A stretch of 64,000 nucleotides of DNA, from NCBI RefSeq assembly GCF_009914755.1, contig NC_060928.1, one strand, 5' to 3'. Shown piece by piece: positions 1 through 18,164 of the stretch. The stretch is from the human T2T-CHM13v2.0 reference genome, Homo sapiens. A program made the translations under genes and the position numbers. The notes below the pieces were generated by a model. The model was not told where the DNA came from, searched no databases, and was given only the letters and a program-made list of their open reading frames with translations. Position 1 is the stretch's first letter; each line of letters starts with the position of its first letter.

Positions 1-40
1 TGGCCAGGATGGTCTCTATCTCTTGACCTTGGGATCTACC
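1..40 (-). mobile_element. Alu fragment cut by the window edge
   Basis: tggccaggatggtctctatctcttgacct matches the antisense Alu left arm. Confidence 0.8.
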
Positions 41-299
41 ATGAAACTTTTAAGTTTGAGGATTACTGCTCTAAATAACTACTTTTGGTTTACCAAGAGG
101 CCACCCTCAGAAACAACATGTCCACTTGGACTTCTCAAGTGCAATCACTGGAGGACTTCTATAATTAGATCTGTATTCATTTCCAGTCTCATACAACTGG
201 GGTTATGAATTTAAGAAATATGTCTTAGCCACAAAAAGCATTCAAGTGTAGACCTTACTTATTTAATTGTTTTACAAAAACAAACAGAAAACTAAGAAT

Positions 300-1000
300 T
301 GTTGATGCTGACAGAGAACATATTTCAATGAACAGAGTTACTAAAGGAAACAGAATATATTAAAATAAGTCAAATTAACATCAGTAGAGAAGCATAACAG
401 AATATCACATTCATAAAACAAGAAAAGAAACCAAAACTTGCTTTGAGGAAAGAATACTAAAATTTAAAATGTGATTGCTTCAATTAAAAATAAATCATCA
501 TTAGATAGATTTAGTACTAGGAGAATAAGCACAGGGAAAGACTGAATTAGTAACTCAGAAAAGCAAGCCTGGGCAAGTTACTAGTCTGTGCCACATGATA
601 AAAAAGTGCAAAGTCTGGGAAAAGTATTCAGAAATGTGACGACTCGATCCAGAAGTTCCAGTGTTCATCTGGGAAAGGTTCCAAAGGTTCATCTGGTGTC
701 AGGTAGGGTTAATAACAAGGCCCACAACCAAAGAGAGCTTGGTGAAGTTTCAGAATTCCAAATGAAGAGATAATACAAAAAGTAGTGAAAGAAGTATAGG
801 TAACTTACAAAGAAATGGAAGCCAGATTAATATAAAGTGGGCTCAAAGTTTGAAATAAGAATTATTTTAAATGTGAAGTTTTTTATTTTGCCAAAAAATT
901 CAAATATGATTTCAAAATAAAGATATTTTCATGTGAAGGACACATTTTGAACAGAAAGAAGAAATTTTCTATATTGGAAAATACAGCATATTACAAGAAA
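300..1000 (+). mobile_element. Very old L1 (L1M) ORF1-region remnant
   Basis: A-rich degenerate ORF1-like sequence; boundaries approximate. Confidence 0.4.
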
Positions 1001-2039
1001 ATATAAAAGATTTATCTTTATGCCTTTATCATAATTTTAAGCTTTATATACTATAAGAAATTCAGGAATTGGGCAAATCCACAATTGCATCAGGAGCTCT
1101 GAGCATATTCCCCTGGGCTGTGGTGTCCTTCCCATGCTTATATCTGCTTTCTGAATTTTAAAATTTATTTAATACAGCTTATCTATTTATTCCCCTACTC
1201 ATCTTCAATTATCTTTACTATTACTGATTGTTTCTAATTTGAAAATTATTTTTCTGCCATATAATATATTTTCAAGAGGGATTAAATCTGTTATCTTGAC
1301 CCAAAACTCAGAATCTTTAGACTCTTTAATCAAAATACCTGCATTTAACTCAAGTTGATCTGTGATTACTATCTGTCCAGGGTCCATATTCTCACTGCTC
1401 CTTGTATTTTTAAGCCACTGAACTGTCTGATTTCAATTTTTTGCTCTCAGAAGATGGTCATTATCTTTCTGCATAGCACAGCTCTCAGCACTCATTGCAT
1501 TGATTTTTATCTTGGTAAATATTTTTTAATAGATAATCGTGCCCTTTTCTTACTCATAATGGAATTTCATAATATAAAAAGTAGATCCCATAGATTATTG
1601 CCAGACATCTTTCTATAAAACTGAGCATGCATTAATGCTATTGGCATTTTTTAGTGTAGAGGATATTGAATATCACAGTGAATGGGTAATGCTAGCTGTC
1701 ACAAATATTTCTCAGCACTGAACTTTCTTTCACTTAAATGACCTAAGGAAATTCTAAGTTATATAATAAATGCTTTTATCTCCATTTTTATGTGAGGTGG
1801 AAGAATATTGGATTTTGCAAATAAATAAAATGAAAGATCAAAAATTATTTGGTTTTTATTTCATTCCATCAAAAATAAAGCCTTATGCAAGCACTGATTC
1901 ACTAGGTTATTACAGAAATTTTTAATAAGATGTATATTATGAGAGCTTCCTCGTCAGTAGTAGGTATTGTCTCAGAAAGTCTTTAAGTTGTTCAAGTCTC
2001 TCTACCCGTATTAGCTATTATACAAATATAGAATGTTTA

Positions 2040-2200
2040 TTGCAATTATCATGTGAGGTGATTTACCTAAAGCTTCACAACAGCCTTGTAATGATGGTAC
2101 AATGATTATCCTTATCTTTCAGATGAGGAAACTGAAGATTAGAGAGATTAGGTAACAGAGATAGAATTTTAAACCCAGGGCTAGTTGTCTTTGTTGCCAG
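2040..2200 (-). mobile_element. MIR SINE
   Basis: cagatgaggaaactgaagattagagag core. Confidence 0.7.
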
Positions 2201-2669
2201 TGTGTTCTTCTGCCTCTTTTCAACTGAGTGTATTGCCTGTTTTACATGTCTAATTAGAAACCCCTCTCAGTGGGATCACTGTTGAAGAGCTTCTCATCCA
2301 TAAAGAACTTTCTAAGAATTTTCATAGAAGCCCTATGTAAATTTCAGTTCATATACAACTATGTTCATGAACTACCACCAAAGTTCAAATCGCATTTTGA
2401 AATCCCCTCTCTTTATTGCCTTACAACATAAAAGCAATTGCCAGTCACTCAGTATCTGTCTTCTATATAAGGCCATACATTTTGTGAAAGCAGGCACCAT
2501 TTTGGTCTAACTGGATCTCTTATGTCTAAGAAACTGCTTTGCCTAGAGGAGTTACTTGATAAACATTTGTTAATGCAATACTTTGTTTTTACATCATTTC
2601 TTCTTGTCTCTTCTTTTCAATTCCTATTTACACCAAAACAGGTAGTATCTTCTGTAATTTTCACCTGGG

Positions 2670-4170
<1,501 letters not shown>

Positions 4171-4721
4171 CAAATAAGAAGGTAATAGGAGTCTACTTCA
4201 GGAGAAAAAAATGGCATGTGCAAAGCGTGTGAAGCAGGATTAGGGGGCTTTTTCCCTTTGTGAGAAATATGGCTAGTTTCTGGCCATTGAAAACTCTCAT
4301 TTCCTGGCTTACATGATGTGTGTCCAAATAGACCATTCAAAGTTTAAAAACAAGGCAGAGATATGCCCAAAACATGCTTTATTATTATTATTATTGTGAA
4401 ATTTTTCTGTATATCCTCTATATTTTTCCTTTTCTTCCTATTATGTTTTAGAGATATATTTATATTGGTATTTATAGATCTAGTTCAACCTTTTTAACTA
4501 TAGTTAACTTGTTTCCAGATTCTTTTTTTTCCTCTTAAGCAATCACATTTATTCATTTTTAATCTATGAATTATTTAAAGTTTGTGTTTTTTAAACATTT
4601 CTAAACTAAAAGTTGATTGAAGCCTCACATGTGCTCTTCTAGAATTTTCTCTTCTAATAAGGCTTCTCATTCTCATGGTTAATTTAAAATGACTTCTAGG
4701 CCTTTAAAAAACCCACAGCTT

Positions 4722-4950
4722 CTTTTTTTTTTAAATTCAACTTTTATTTTAGATTCAGGGGGTACGTATGCAGATTTGTTTACATGTGTGTATTGCATGA
4801 TACTGAGGATTGGGGAATGAATGATCCTGCCACCCAGGTAGTGAACATAATACCCAATAAGGTAGTTTTTCAGCCCTATCTCTCCTCCTCTCCCTGACTA
4901 GTAGTTCCAGTGTCTATTGTCCCCATCTTTATGTCCATATGTACCCAGTG
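4722..4950 (-). mobile_element. L1PB/L1MA 3' end
   Basis: Poly-T followed by ttttagattcagggggtac...gtattgcatgatactgagg. Confidence 0.8.
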
Positions 4951-5797
4951 CAAAAGAATGCTTTAAAGAAATTAAGGTGACATCAGCTTCATTAATGACT
5001 TTAGGAGAGAACATTCTAAGGCAATAAGGATTTTAATTTAAAAAACATAAAAGGCAAATTCAGCTTACTTGAACAATTAAATTTTTTTCTTTGGATTTTT
5101 ACCCAAACGAACAGAGTTGCCATGAAATAGTCATCAAAAATTTGGGTAGTGAAACAACAATTAAAAGTAAATATTTTAAGCATGGAATTTTCAGACTTAG
5201 AATTTGTAGGTTTTATAAAATCTCAAAAATATGTAGAAAACACTCATTTTTAAATTCTTGAGGAAACTATACTTCGTAATTTATGACAAAGATGTTTGCA
5301 AGTTCATGTAATATCAAAGTATATGTTTAACTATGGAAAAATGTTTCATGTGTGGTCTGGTGAAATTGCTGTGAATTATTCAACCCTTAAAATATATTTG
5401 TGTTGTTATTTTCATGGTTCATAAAGCACTAATGTAAAACAGATTTTTAAACAGTCCTTGTACATTTGACACAGCTGTCATAGAACTAATGCAAACATTA
5501 TGCATAAGTATATGATCAATGATGTAATGATTTAATGTACACATTAGTATATAATAATTCACTGCCAGACACTGGTGAGATTATAAAACTGATTTTCCAG
5601 GATCATAATTTAGTGATTGGAATATTAGATTAGCAGTGAGAAAAATCAGAGTTTTGGCATCTTTGATTTGTTTCATTATGTCAGGAAAACAGTATTCACT
5701 CTGTTTTATAAGGCAGAAGGAAGGATCAAAGGCAAAAAATGATAGGTCCTCTTCTAATGTGTCATTAATATTCATTAATATATGTATATTATTTTAA

Positions 5798-6546
<749 letters not shown>

Positions 6547-7213
6547 TCATACTTTTATGTAGGTTCTTTGTACAATATGTATGCTGAATGTATGTAGGTT
6601 CTTTGTACAATAATATGAAACTCAATAGAGTTTCATATTATTATTTGAAATTCATGTTATTATCGGAGGTGAGAATGAGCTGCTGAAGTGTTTCATAAAT
6701 GATCTGATTACAACCAAATTCAGAGGTTGTCATTGAGCTATAGATAGCAAGCTTCATTTTTTATTAAAAAAGAGAAACAATTGATCTTTTTTTCAAGTGA
6801 CTAAGGATAACTACATGTTATTTCCTTATATCTTGGCTAGAGTATTTTCTCCACCCTATATGTTTTGGCTTATATTCAGTAATTTTTGCCACATTTGGGC
6901 CCAGGTCTTTACCTCTGCACAAAGCTATAGTATCTATGGCTTGCTTGCTAATTCAGCACCCACATTCCTCACCTTCCCTGTGCTTGAACCCCATTCATTT
7001 GTTGTTGTTTCAGATTATCTAATTAAAAAATCCGTTTCCAATTTTCCCTATTACACTTCTCAATACCCTCATGTAACGTGTAGACACATTGGAAGATAAT
7101 CTATCATTTTGCCCAATATAGGTGCTATTTCCCAAAAAGACTTACATATACATCTGCTTAAAAAGTCATGAAAAAAAATTTCACCTTTGGGAATAAATAA
7201 AGTATAGGTGGGG

Positions 7214-7564
7214 TGTTGGTATTAGAAGATAATTCTCTGTGAGTCACTCACATTTTCTGCAAGTCTTGGAAGATAGAGGTAGTGTCTCCCTCAGTATCAA
7301 AGAGCAGGTGTGTTTATTGCTCACTATAAAAGATTTAGGTTCCTGAAATGAAGGATTCTCTCCTACAGTGCATACCACTGCATATGCAGCAGTCACCTGG
7401 CTCTACTCTAATCACCCTGTGGAAATGGGGTTCAAAGAACTTGCAAAACTATGTTGATATGTTGGCTACTTGCTGTGCCAAGTTCTTTTTTTCTCAAACT
7501 GTGGCAACCTAACTTGTTAGCTTGCATGAAGGATAAAATCTCATGCCCTTCGTCGTTTTTGACA
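7214..7564 (+). mobile_element. ERVL LTR (MER76-like), putative 5' LTR
   Basis: Starts tgttgg, contains cttggaagatagag..tagtgtctccct, ends aacttgttagcttg...taaaatctca...ttgaca. Confidence 0.65.
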
Positions 7565-8016
7565 GTTTGTAATGAAGGGACATTGATAGAGACATTGCTT
7601 TCTGCCAAGGAAGAATGGCAAGAGTCGTACTGTGCCACAATGCAGTCTATCATGCCAAATTTAGAGTCATTCAGAGATGACGGCAAAAGTGCAAGATTTC
7701 CCTTAGATAGACAAACTCCCCTGGGAAATCATTAAATAAGGTATTAACTAGTGTTTGGGATCTTACTGCCCTGGATTAGGCTCATAATGCTGATGAAAGT
7801 GAAATACTATAAAATAAGACACTGACACAAAAGGACCTGGATAAATTCTTGTGGTCAGACCTGCTGTCCTACAAACTGCTCCTATCCCTTATGTTAAAAT
7901 TGGTGAAAAATTGAGAGATGTTATCATGACAACATAGCAGCAAAAGACTTGGATTAAGATGCACACTTTTATTTTTATATTTATTTATTTATAGTTTTTC
8001 GATGTGCTTATTAGCC

Positions 8017-8672
8017 CCTTTTTAAACTTTCAAGCTCAAGGGTACACATCTAGTTTTGTTGCATAGATAAACTTGTGTCATGGGGTTTGTTGTACAGATT
8101 ATTTCATCACACAGGTATTAAGCCTAGTACCCAGTAGTTATTTTTCCTGACCCTCCCCTTCCTCCCACCCTCCACCCTCCAAAAGACCCCAGTGTGTGTT
8201 GTTCCCCTCTAGGTGTCCATGTGATCTCATCATTTAGCTCCCACGTATAAGTGAGAGCATGCAGTATTTAGTTTTCTGCCTGTGTTAGTTTGCTAAAGAT
8301 AATGGCTTCCAGCTCCATCCATGTCCCTGCAAAGGACATGATCTCATTCTTTTTTATGGCTGCATAGTATTCCATGGTGTATATGTATCACATTTTCTTT
8401 ATCCAGTCTATTACTGATGAGCATTTAGGATGATTCCATATCTTTGCTATTGTGAATAGTGCTGCAATGAACATATATGTACATGTGTCTTTATAATAGA
8501 ACAATTTATATTCCTTTGGGTATATACCCAGTAATGGGATTGCTGGGTCAAATGCTATTTCGGTTTTGGTCTTTGAGGAATTGCCACACTGTCTTCCACA
8601 ATGGTTGTACTAATTTACACTCCCACCAACAGTGTATAAGTGATCTTTTTTTTCCATAACCTCGCCAGCATC
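8017..8672 (-). mobile_element. Older L1PA 3' end (L1PA13-16-like)
   Basis: Antisense L1 3' UTR and ORF2 end (ggggtttgttgtacagattatttcatcac; tttatggctgcatagtattccatgg). Confidence 0.9.
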
Positions 8673-8854
8673 GCTTTTAAAAGTTACTGCTATTCGAGTC
8701 AATCCCTAGTCAGCTGATGGGCATAAACCTGCAGATCTAGACAGAAGACCATGTGAGCTATGTCTACTTAGGGAAAGCATTCTCCAAGCTGAATAAATGG
8801 AATCAGTAATGACAACCTTGCTGCCTCTTATACGGCTTTTGGTGTAATGAAAAC

Positions 8855-8932
8855 ATTAGAAGTTTGTTTGGTTTATCTGTGAGCAGCCTCTATATTAGAA
8901 GTTTGTTTGGTTCATCTGTGAGCAGCCTCTGT
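8855..8932. repeat. 39-bp tandem duplication
   Basis: attagaagtttgtttggtt(t/c)atctgtgagcagcctct(a/g)t x2. Confidence 0.95.
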
Positions 8933-10117
8933 ACTGCTTGAAACTGAATACAAATATGTCTTACTCACTTGTGTGGAGCCTCTTTCTCCCTCCACATTTC
9001 CTGATCTCTAACTTTCTCCTTTTACCTAACCTCAGCTGCGTTAAGTAGAAAGTTGATTAGCAGAGGCACCAATATCTTCTCATCTCTAAATAGTTTTTTA
9101 GACAATGTGCACTTGTCTTAGCATGCTGGGGAACTTCAGAAATGAGAAGGACTCAAACTTTTAGGGGTTCTTTGGAGAAAGACATTCAAATCTTTATCTT
9201 AGCCTGTCCCACATGGGGAGAGGAATCCAAATTTAACTGATGGGGCCTGAGAAAGTTCTACAGTAGTGATTGGAAGCTAATGTGACATTGTATGACTTGT
9301 CATTTGAGGCTAACTCAATGTTCTATTGCTGTAGATTTCAATCTGAATATGTAGTACCTATATGCTTGTATATTCATTCTTGTTCCATAAATGCCACAGA
9401 GAGTCCCTCAGTCAAGATTAAAAACCTTTGGGGCTCCACAACTTAGTGACACCTTTGAGCTACAAGTTTCTCTGACTAATTATTTTAAGGACTGTAGCAT
9501 CTGGCCTTGGGAGGCAGCCTTCATCCTTTGGTGTTAAGGTATACCCCTTGGGGTTTTGTATTTCTCTCCTCCATGTCATAGGCTCTTGGGAAATCTCCTT
9601 TTGACAAGCAGCTATTAGCTTGCCATGGAATCTTACTGAAATTGAATGCCTGGCCAGTGAAGGCCTTGTGACTTTAATCTAATAGTCTTCACTTTGGGAT
9701 GGGTCAACTTGGACTCTGACTGTAGGAAGAGCCCAGTCTATCTCTCTTGTAAAATGCAATGAAAATAAAATAGCCAAGAACACAGCTGGCTTGGCTCCAG
9801 CATCGTCTCAGCTTTACATTTAAAAGTGACAATTATCCTTTTGAGAGAAGCTTTATCGCTTATTCAGACTTCTAAAATAAAGTAACCAGCTCAACAGGGC
9901 TCTCAGTTCACAAAGATTCCCCTAAATGCCTGTGCCTCACTAACTGTTAAACCAAACTAATACTGTTGAGTGTTTAACTGGCCTCCTCAAAAATCTACTG
10001 AAATAATTTCTGATTTTACCCTCTGTCACCTCTTCTGGTTCACACATCTTGTAAGATTGGTCACTCAATGTGGCTGTCACCTGAAAGTAGTTATTTTCCC
10101 TTAATCATTACTTGGGT

Positions 10118-13012
<2,895 letters not shown>

Positions 13013-13572
13013 TACTGGGTAATAATAAAGAAGAAGGAAAGGAGGGTGCTATAAATGAATTTTGAAAATTTGGAATTTCAACCTGTCCTTTCCAGGGTAT
13101 GATGCATCTTTCTTTCCCCTAACTGCAACCCCAGATTGGCCTGGTCATGTACCTTTCAGGTACAACTTGGCCAAAAGTGGGGGCATAGTGTATTCAAATT
13201 CAGTTCTGGCTCAGCCATCTGGAGTTTGCTCTTGGATTGACGTGGTCCTAGATCATACAAATAATGACCACTTGGTTGAATATACCTGCTGGTAGAGTTC
13301 TTCTATATAGAGACCCATGAGGGCCAAAGCAGGAAGCCTGATGTCTCTCTGTGAATTTTATAAAAATATTATCTGTGGCACCAGCTGCTGAAGGTGGTAT
13401 AATCAAAGCTTAGGAATGGATGCGGAGAGGTGGTCGTCTCTACTCAGTGCACCACTGTGGACTTGGCAGCAGATCTTCCCATCAGGACTGAGAAGCATGA
13501 GCTGAAAGTGACCTCTTCTCAGGCTTCTGCAGCAGCTCCACCCCACTGAAGGTGAATGTGTACTGGGGGAGG

Positions 13573-13817
13573 GTTGTTGTTGTTTTTTTTTGTTGAGACA
13601 GAATCTTGCTGTGTTGCCCAGGCTGGAGTGTAGTGGGGCAATCTCGGCTCACTCCAAGCTCCGCCTCCCAGGTTCACGCCATTCTCCTGCCTCAGCCTCC
13701 CCAAGTAGCTGGGACTACAGGCGCCCACCATCACGTCCGGTTAAATTTTTGTATTTTTAGTAGAGACGGGGTTTCACCGTGTTAGCCAAAATGGTCTCGA
13801 TCTCCTGACCTCATGAT
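13573..13817 (-). mobile_element. 5'-truncated AluY
   Basis: AluY diagnostics (aagctccgcctcc, gttcacgccattc, accgtgttagcc); TSD gggagggtt. Confidence 0.9.
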
Positions 13818-16800
13818 TGAGGGAGGGTTTTTTTTTTTTAATGCATCTCTATTGCCTCTTTTCCTGCCCCTACATGCTATTTCTTACTCCTAAGTGCCAT
13901 CTACTGGAAGAACCCTGAATTACATCACCATACAAAGTTACGCTGCTACCACAGGCAATGTCTGAGAAAACCATAGCACAAACCTATCTGCAACCAAGGA
14001 ACATGTACAGAGCCTTGACACCATGAAAGCACCCAGAAATGAAGCCAATAAATTATACACAGCACACACCACAGTAATACCCTCAAGGGAAAAAAGAATT
14101 AAAAATCAAGAAGCTCCTTACAAGCGATAGCAAATCAAAAAAAAAAAAATCAGTTATCTCAGATGAGAAGAAACCAGTGCAAGAATTCCAGCAACACAAA
14201 AAGCCAGATTGTTTCATCATCTCCAAAGGATAGTTCTCAAGTAATTCATCCTATCTGGAATGAAATGTCTGAAATGACTGGTATAGAATTCAGGATGTGG
14301 ATGGCAAAGAAACTCAATGAGATCTAAGAGAAAATTGAAATCCAACACAAAGAAGGCAGAAAAATGATCAAAAAATTGAAAGACAACATAGCTATATTAA
14401 GAAAGAACCAAACAGAACTTAGAGAATTGAAAATTTCACTACAGAAATTTCAAAATACAATTGGAAGCTTTAATAACATACTAAACCAAACAGAAGAAAG
14501 AATTTCAGACTTTGAAGACAGATCCTTCAAATCAACCCAATCAGGCAAAACCAAAGAATGAAGAATTTAAAATTATGAACAAAGCTTTAAAGGAATATGG
14601 GATTATGTAAAGTGACCAAATCTATAACTTATTGGAATTCCTGAGAGCGAAGAGGAAAGTAAGCAAATTGAAAACATGTTTGAGGATATAATTCATGAAA
14701 CTTTCCCCAATCTTGCTAGAGGTTGACACGTAGATACAAGAAATCCAGAAAACTCCTGTGAGATACTGTACAAAATTACTATCCCCAAGGCACAGTCATC
14801 AGACTATCAAAGGTCAATGAGAAAGAAAAAATCTTAAAGGCAGCTAGAGAAAAAGGTAATATTACCTATAAAAAGAAACCCATCAGATTAACAGCAGATT
14901 TCTCAGTAGAACTTTATTAGTGTACCATTTTTAGCAATCTTAAAAAAGGAAATTCCAACCAGGAATTTTCTATTCCTCCAAACTAAGCTTCATAAATGAA
15001 GGAAAAATAAAATCTTTCTTAGCCAAGCAATCACTGAGGGAATTCATTACCATGAGGCCCTGTAAGAGGTTTTTAAGGGAGTTCTAAACATGGAAATGAA
15101 AGAACAATATATGTTACCACAAAAGTACACATAAGAACATAGCCTACAGACTCTATAAAACAACTACACAATAAAAACTACAAAGCAACTGGTAAAAAAT
15201 ACCACAAGAAAAAAAGCTCACATATCACTATTAACCTTGAACATGAATTACCTAAATGCTCCACTTAAATGACATAGATTGGCAAATTGGATAAAAAAAA
15301 ACAAGATCCATCCTTCTCTTGTGTTCAAGAGACCCATTTTACATGTAATGACACCCCCAGGCTCAAAGCAAAGGGATAGAGACAGATCTATCACACAAAT
15401 GGAAAACAGAAAGGAGGAGTGGCCACTTTTCTTATATTAGATAAAGTAGACTTTAAACCAACAACAGGAGAAAAGAAAACAAGAAGGCATTACATAATGA
15501 TAAAATGTTCAACTCAACAAGAAGACTTAATTATCCTAAATATATATAGACTCAAATTTGGAGGGCCTAGACTTCTAAAACAATGACTTCCAGACGTAAG
15601 AAAAGATTTAGACAGTTACACAATAATAGTGGGGAACTTCAAAACCTCACTGACAGCATTAGACAGATCACTGAGGCAGAAAACTAACAAAAAATTCTGG
15701 GCTTAAATTCAAGACTTGACCAATTGGATCTAATAGAAATCTACAGACTATCCCACCCAACAACCACAGAATACATATTATTCTTATCTGCACATGGAAC
15801 ATACTTTAAGATTACCACCTGCTCAGTCATAAAGCAAGTCTTAATAAATTTTAAAATATTGAAATCATAACAACCATCTTGTAAGACCACAGGGAATAAA
15901 AATAGAAATCAATACCAAGAGTAGCTCTTGCAGCCACACAAATACATGGAAACTAAACAAGTTGTTTCTGAGTGACTTTTTGGTAAACAACAAAATTAAG
16001 GCAGAAATGTAAAAATTCTTTGAATCAAATGAAAATAGAGGCACAACATACCAAAACCCCTGGAATGCAGCAAAAGCAGTGTTAAGAGGAAAGCTTATAG
16101 TGCTAAAAATGCCTACATCAAAAGATAGAAAGATCTCAAATTAACAACCTAACCTCATATCTGAAGAAAGTAGGAAAACAAGAGCAAACTAACCCCAAAC
16201 CTAGCAGAAGAAAAGAAATAACTAAAGTCTGAGCAGAACTAAATGAAATTCAGACCAATAGAATCATACAAAGTTTCAATAAAATAAAAAGTTGGTTGCC
16301 TTTTGAACGGATAAACAAGATTGATAGACCGCTGGCTGTATTAACAAAGAAAAAAAGACAAGAGATCCAAATAAGCACAATCAGAAATGACAAATGTGAC
16401 ATCACAACAAATCACACAGAAATACAAAAGATCCTCAGAGACTACTATGAACATGTCTATGCACACAAACTAGAAATTCTAGAGGAAATGGATAAATTCC
16501 TGGAAACATACCACTTCCTAAGATAGAACCAAGAAGAAAATTAAATTCTGAACAGACTAATAACTATTAATGAAATTGAATTGGTAATAAGTAACCTACT
16601 AAGCAAAATAGCCCTGGACCATATGGATTAATAGCCAAATTCTACCAGATGTACAAGGAAGAACTGGAAACAATCCTACTGAAACTAGGATAAAGGGGGA
16701 GAAACTTCTCCCAACCTCATTCTGTGAAACCAGTATCATCCTGATACCAAAATATGGCAGAGACACAACAAAAAAGAAAACTATAGGTCAATCCTCTGAT

Positions 16801-17735
16801 GAACATAGATGCAAATATCCTCAACAAAATACTAGCAAACTTAATCCAGTAACATATCAAAAAGTTAAATCACCACAAGCCAGCTTTATTTCTGGGATGC
16901 AAGGATGGTTCAACATAGGCAAATCAGTAAATGTGACTCACCATATAAAACAAATTAAAAACTAAAACCATATAATCATTCAATAGATGCAAGAAAGCAT
17001 TTGACAAATCCAAAATCCTTTCATAATAAAAACCTTCAACAATCTAGGCATTGAAGAAACAAATCTAAAAATAGTAAGAATGATCTATGAAAAACCCACA
17101 GCCAACATCATACTGAATGGGCAAAAGCTGGCAGCATTCTCCATAAGTACTGGGAAAAGACAAGATTTTCCACTCATTACATAATAGTATTCAACTTAGT
17201 ATCGAAGAGCTAAGCCAGAGCAATCAGGCAGGCAATACAAATAAAAGGCATCTAAATACAAAAAGAGGAAATCAAATTATCTCTCGTCACTGACAATATG
17301 ATTCTTTATCCATAAAACCCTAAAGATTCTGCCAAAAGACTCCCAGCCCTGATAAATGAATTTGGCAGTGTTTCAGGATACAAACTCAATGGATAAAAAT
17401 CAGTAGCATGTCTATACAACAATAATGTTCAAGCTGAGAACCAAATCAAGAACACAAAACCACTTACAGTAACCACATGCAAAAATAAAATACCTGGTAT
17501 TACATTTAACCCAGGAGGTGAAAGACTTCCACAATGAGGAGTAGAACATACTGCTGAAAATATTATAGATGACACAAACAAATGGAAAAGCTTATGGATT
17601 CTATGCTTATGGATTGGATGATTCAATATTGTTAAAATGTCCAAGCTGCTGAAAACAATCTACAGATTCAATGCTTTTCCTGTACCTAGTTCAAAAGTAA
17701 ACCAAAAAGAGACCATTGAAATAAAGCCACACATT

Positions 17736-18164
<429 letters not shown>

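Larger units (their letters stand above)
7565..10100 (+). mobile_element. ERVL internal (gag/pol) remnant, interrupted by L1
   Basis: 9597-9626 translates PFDKQLLACH, resembling the ERVL pol motif PFEKQLLACYW; directly follows the LTR. Confidence 0.6.
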
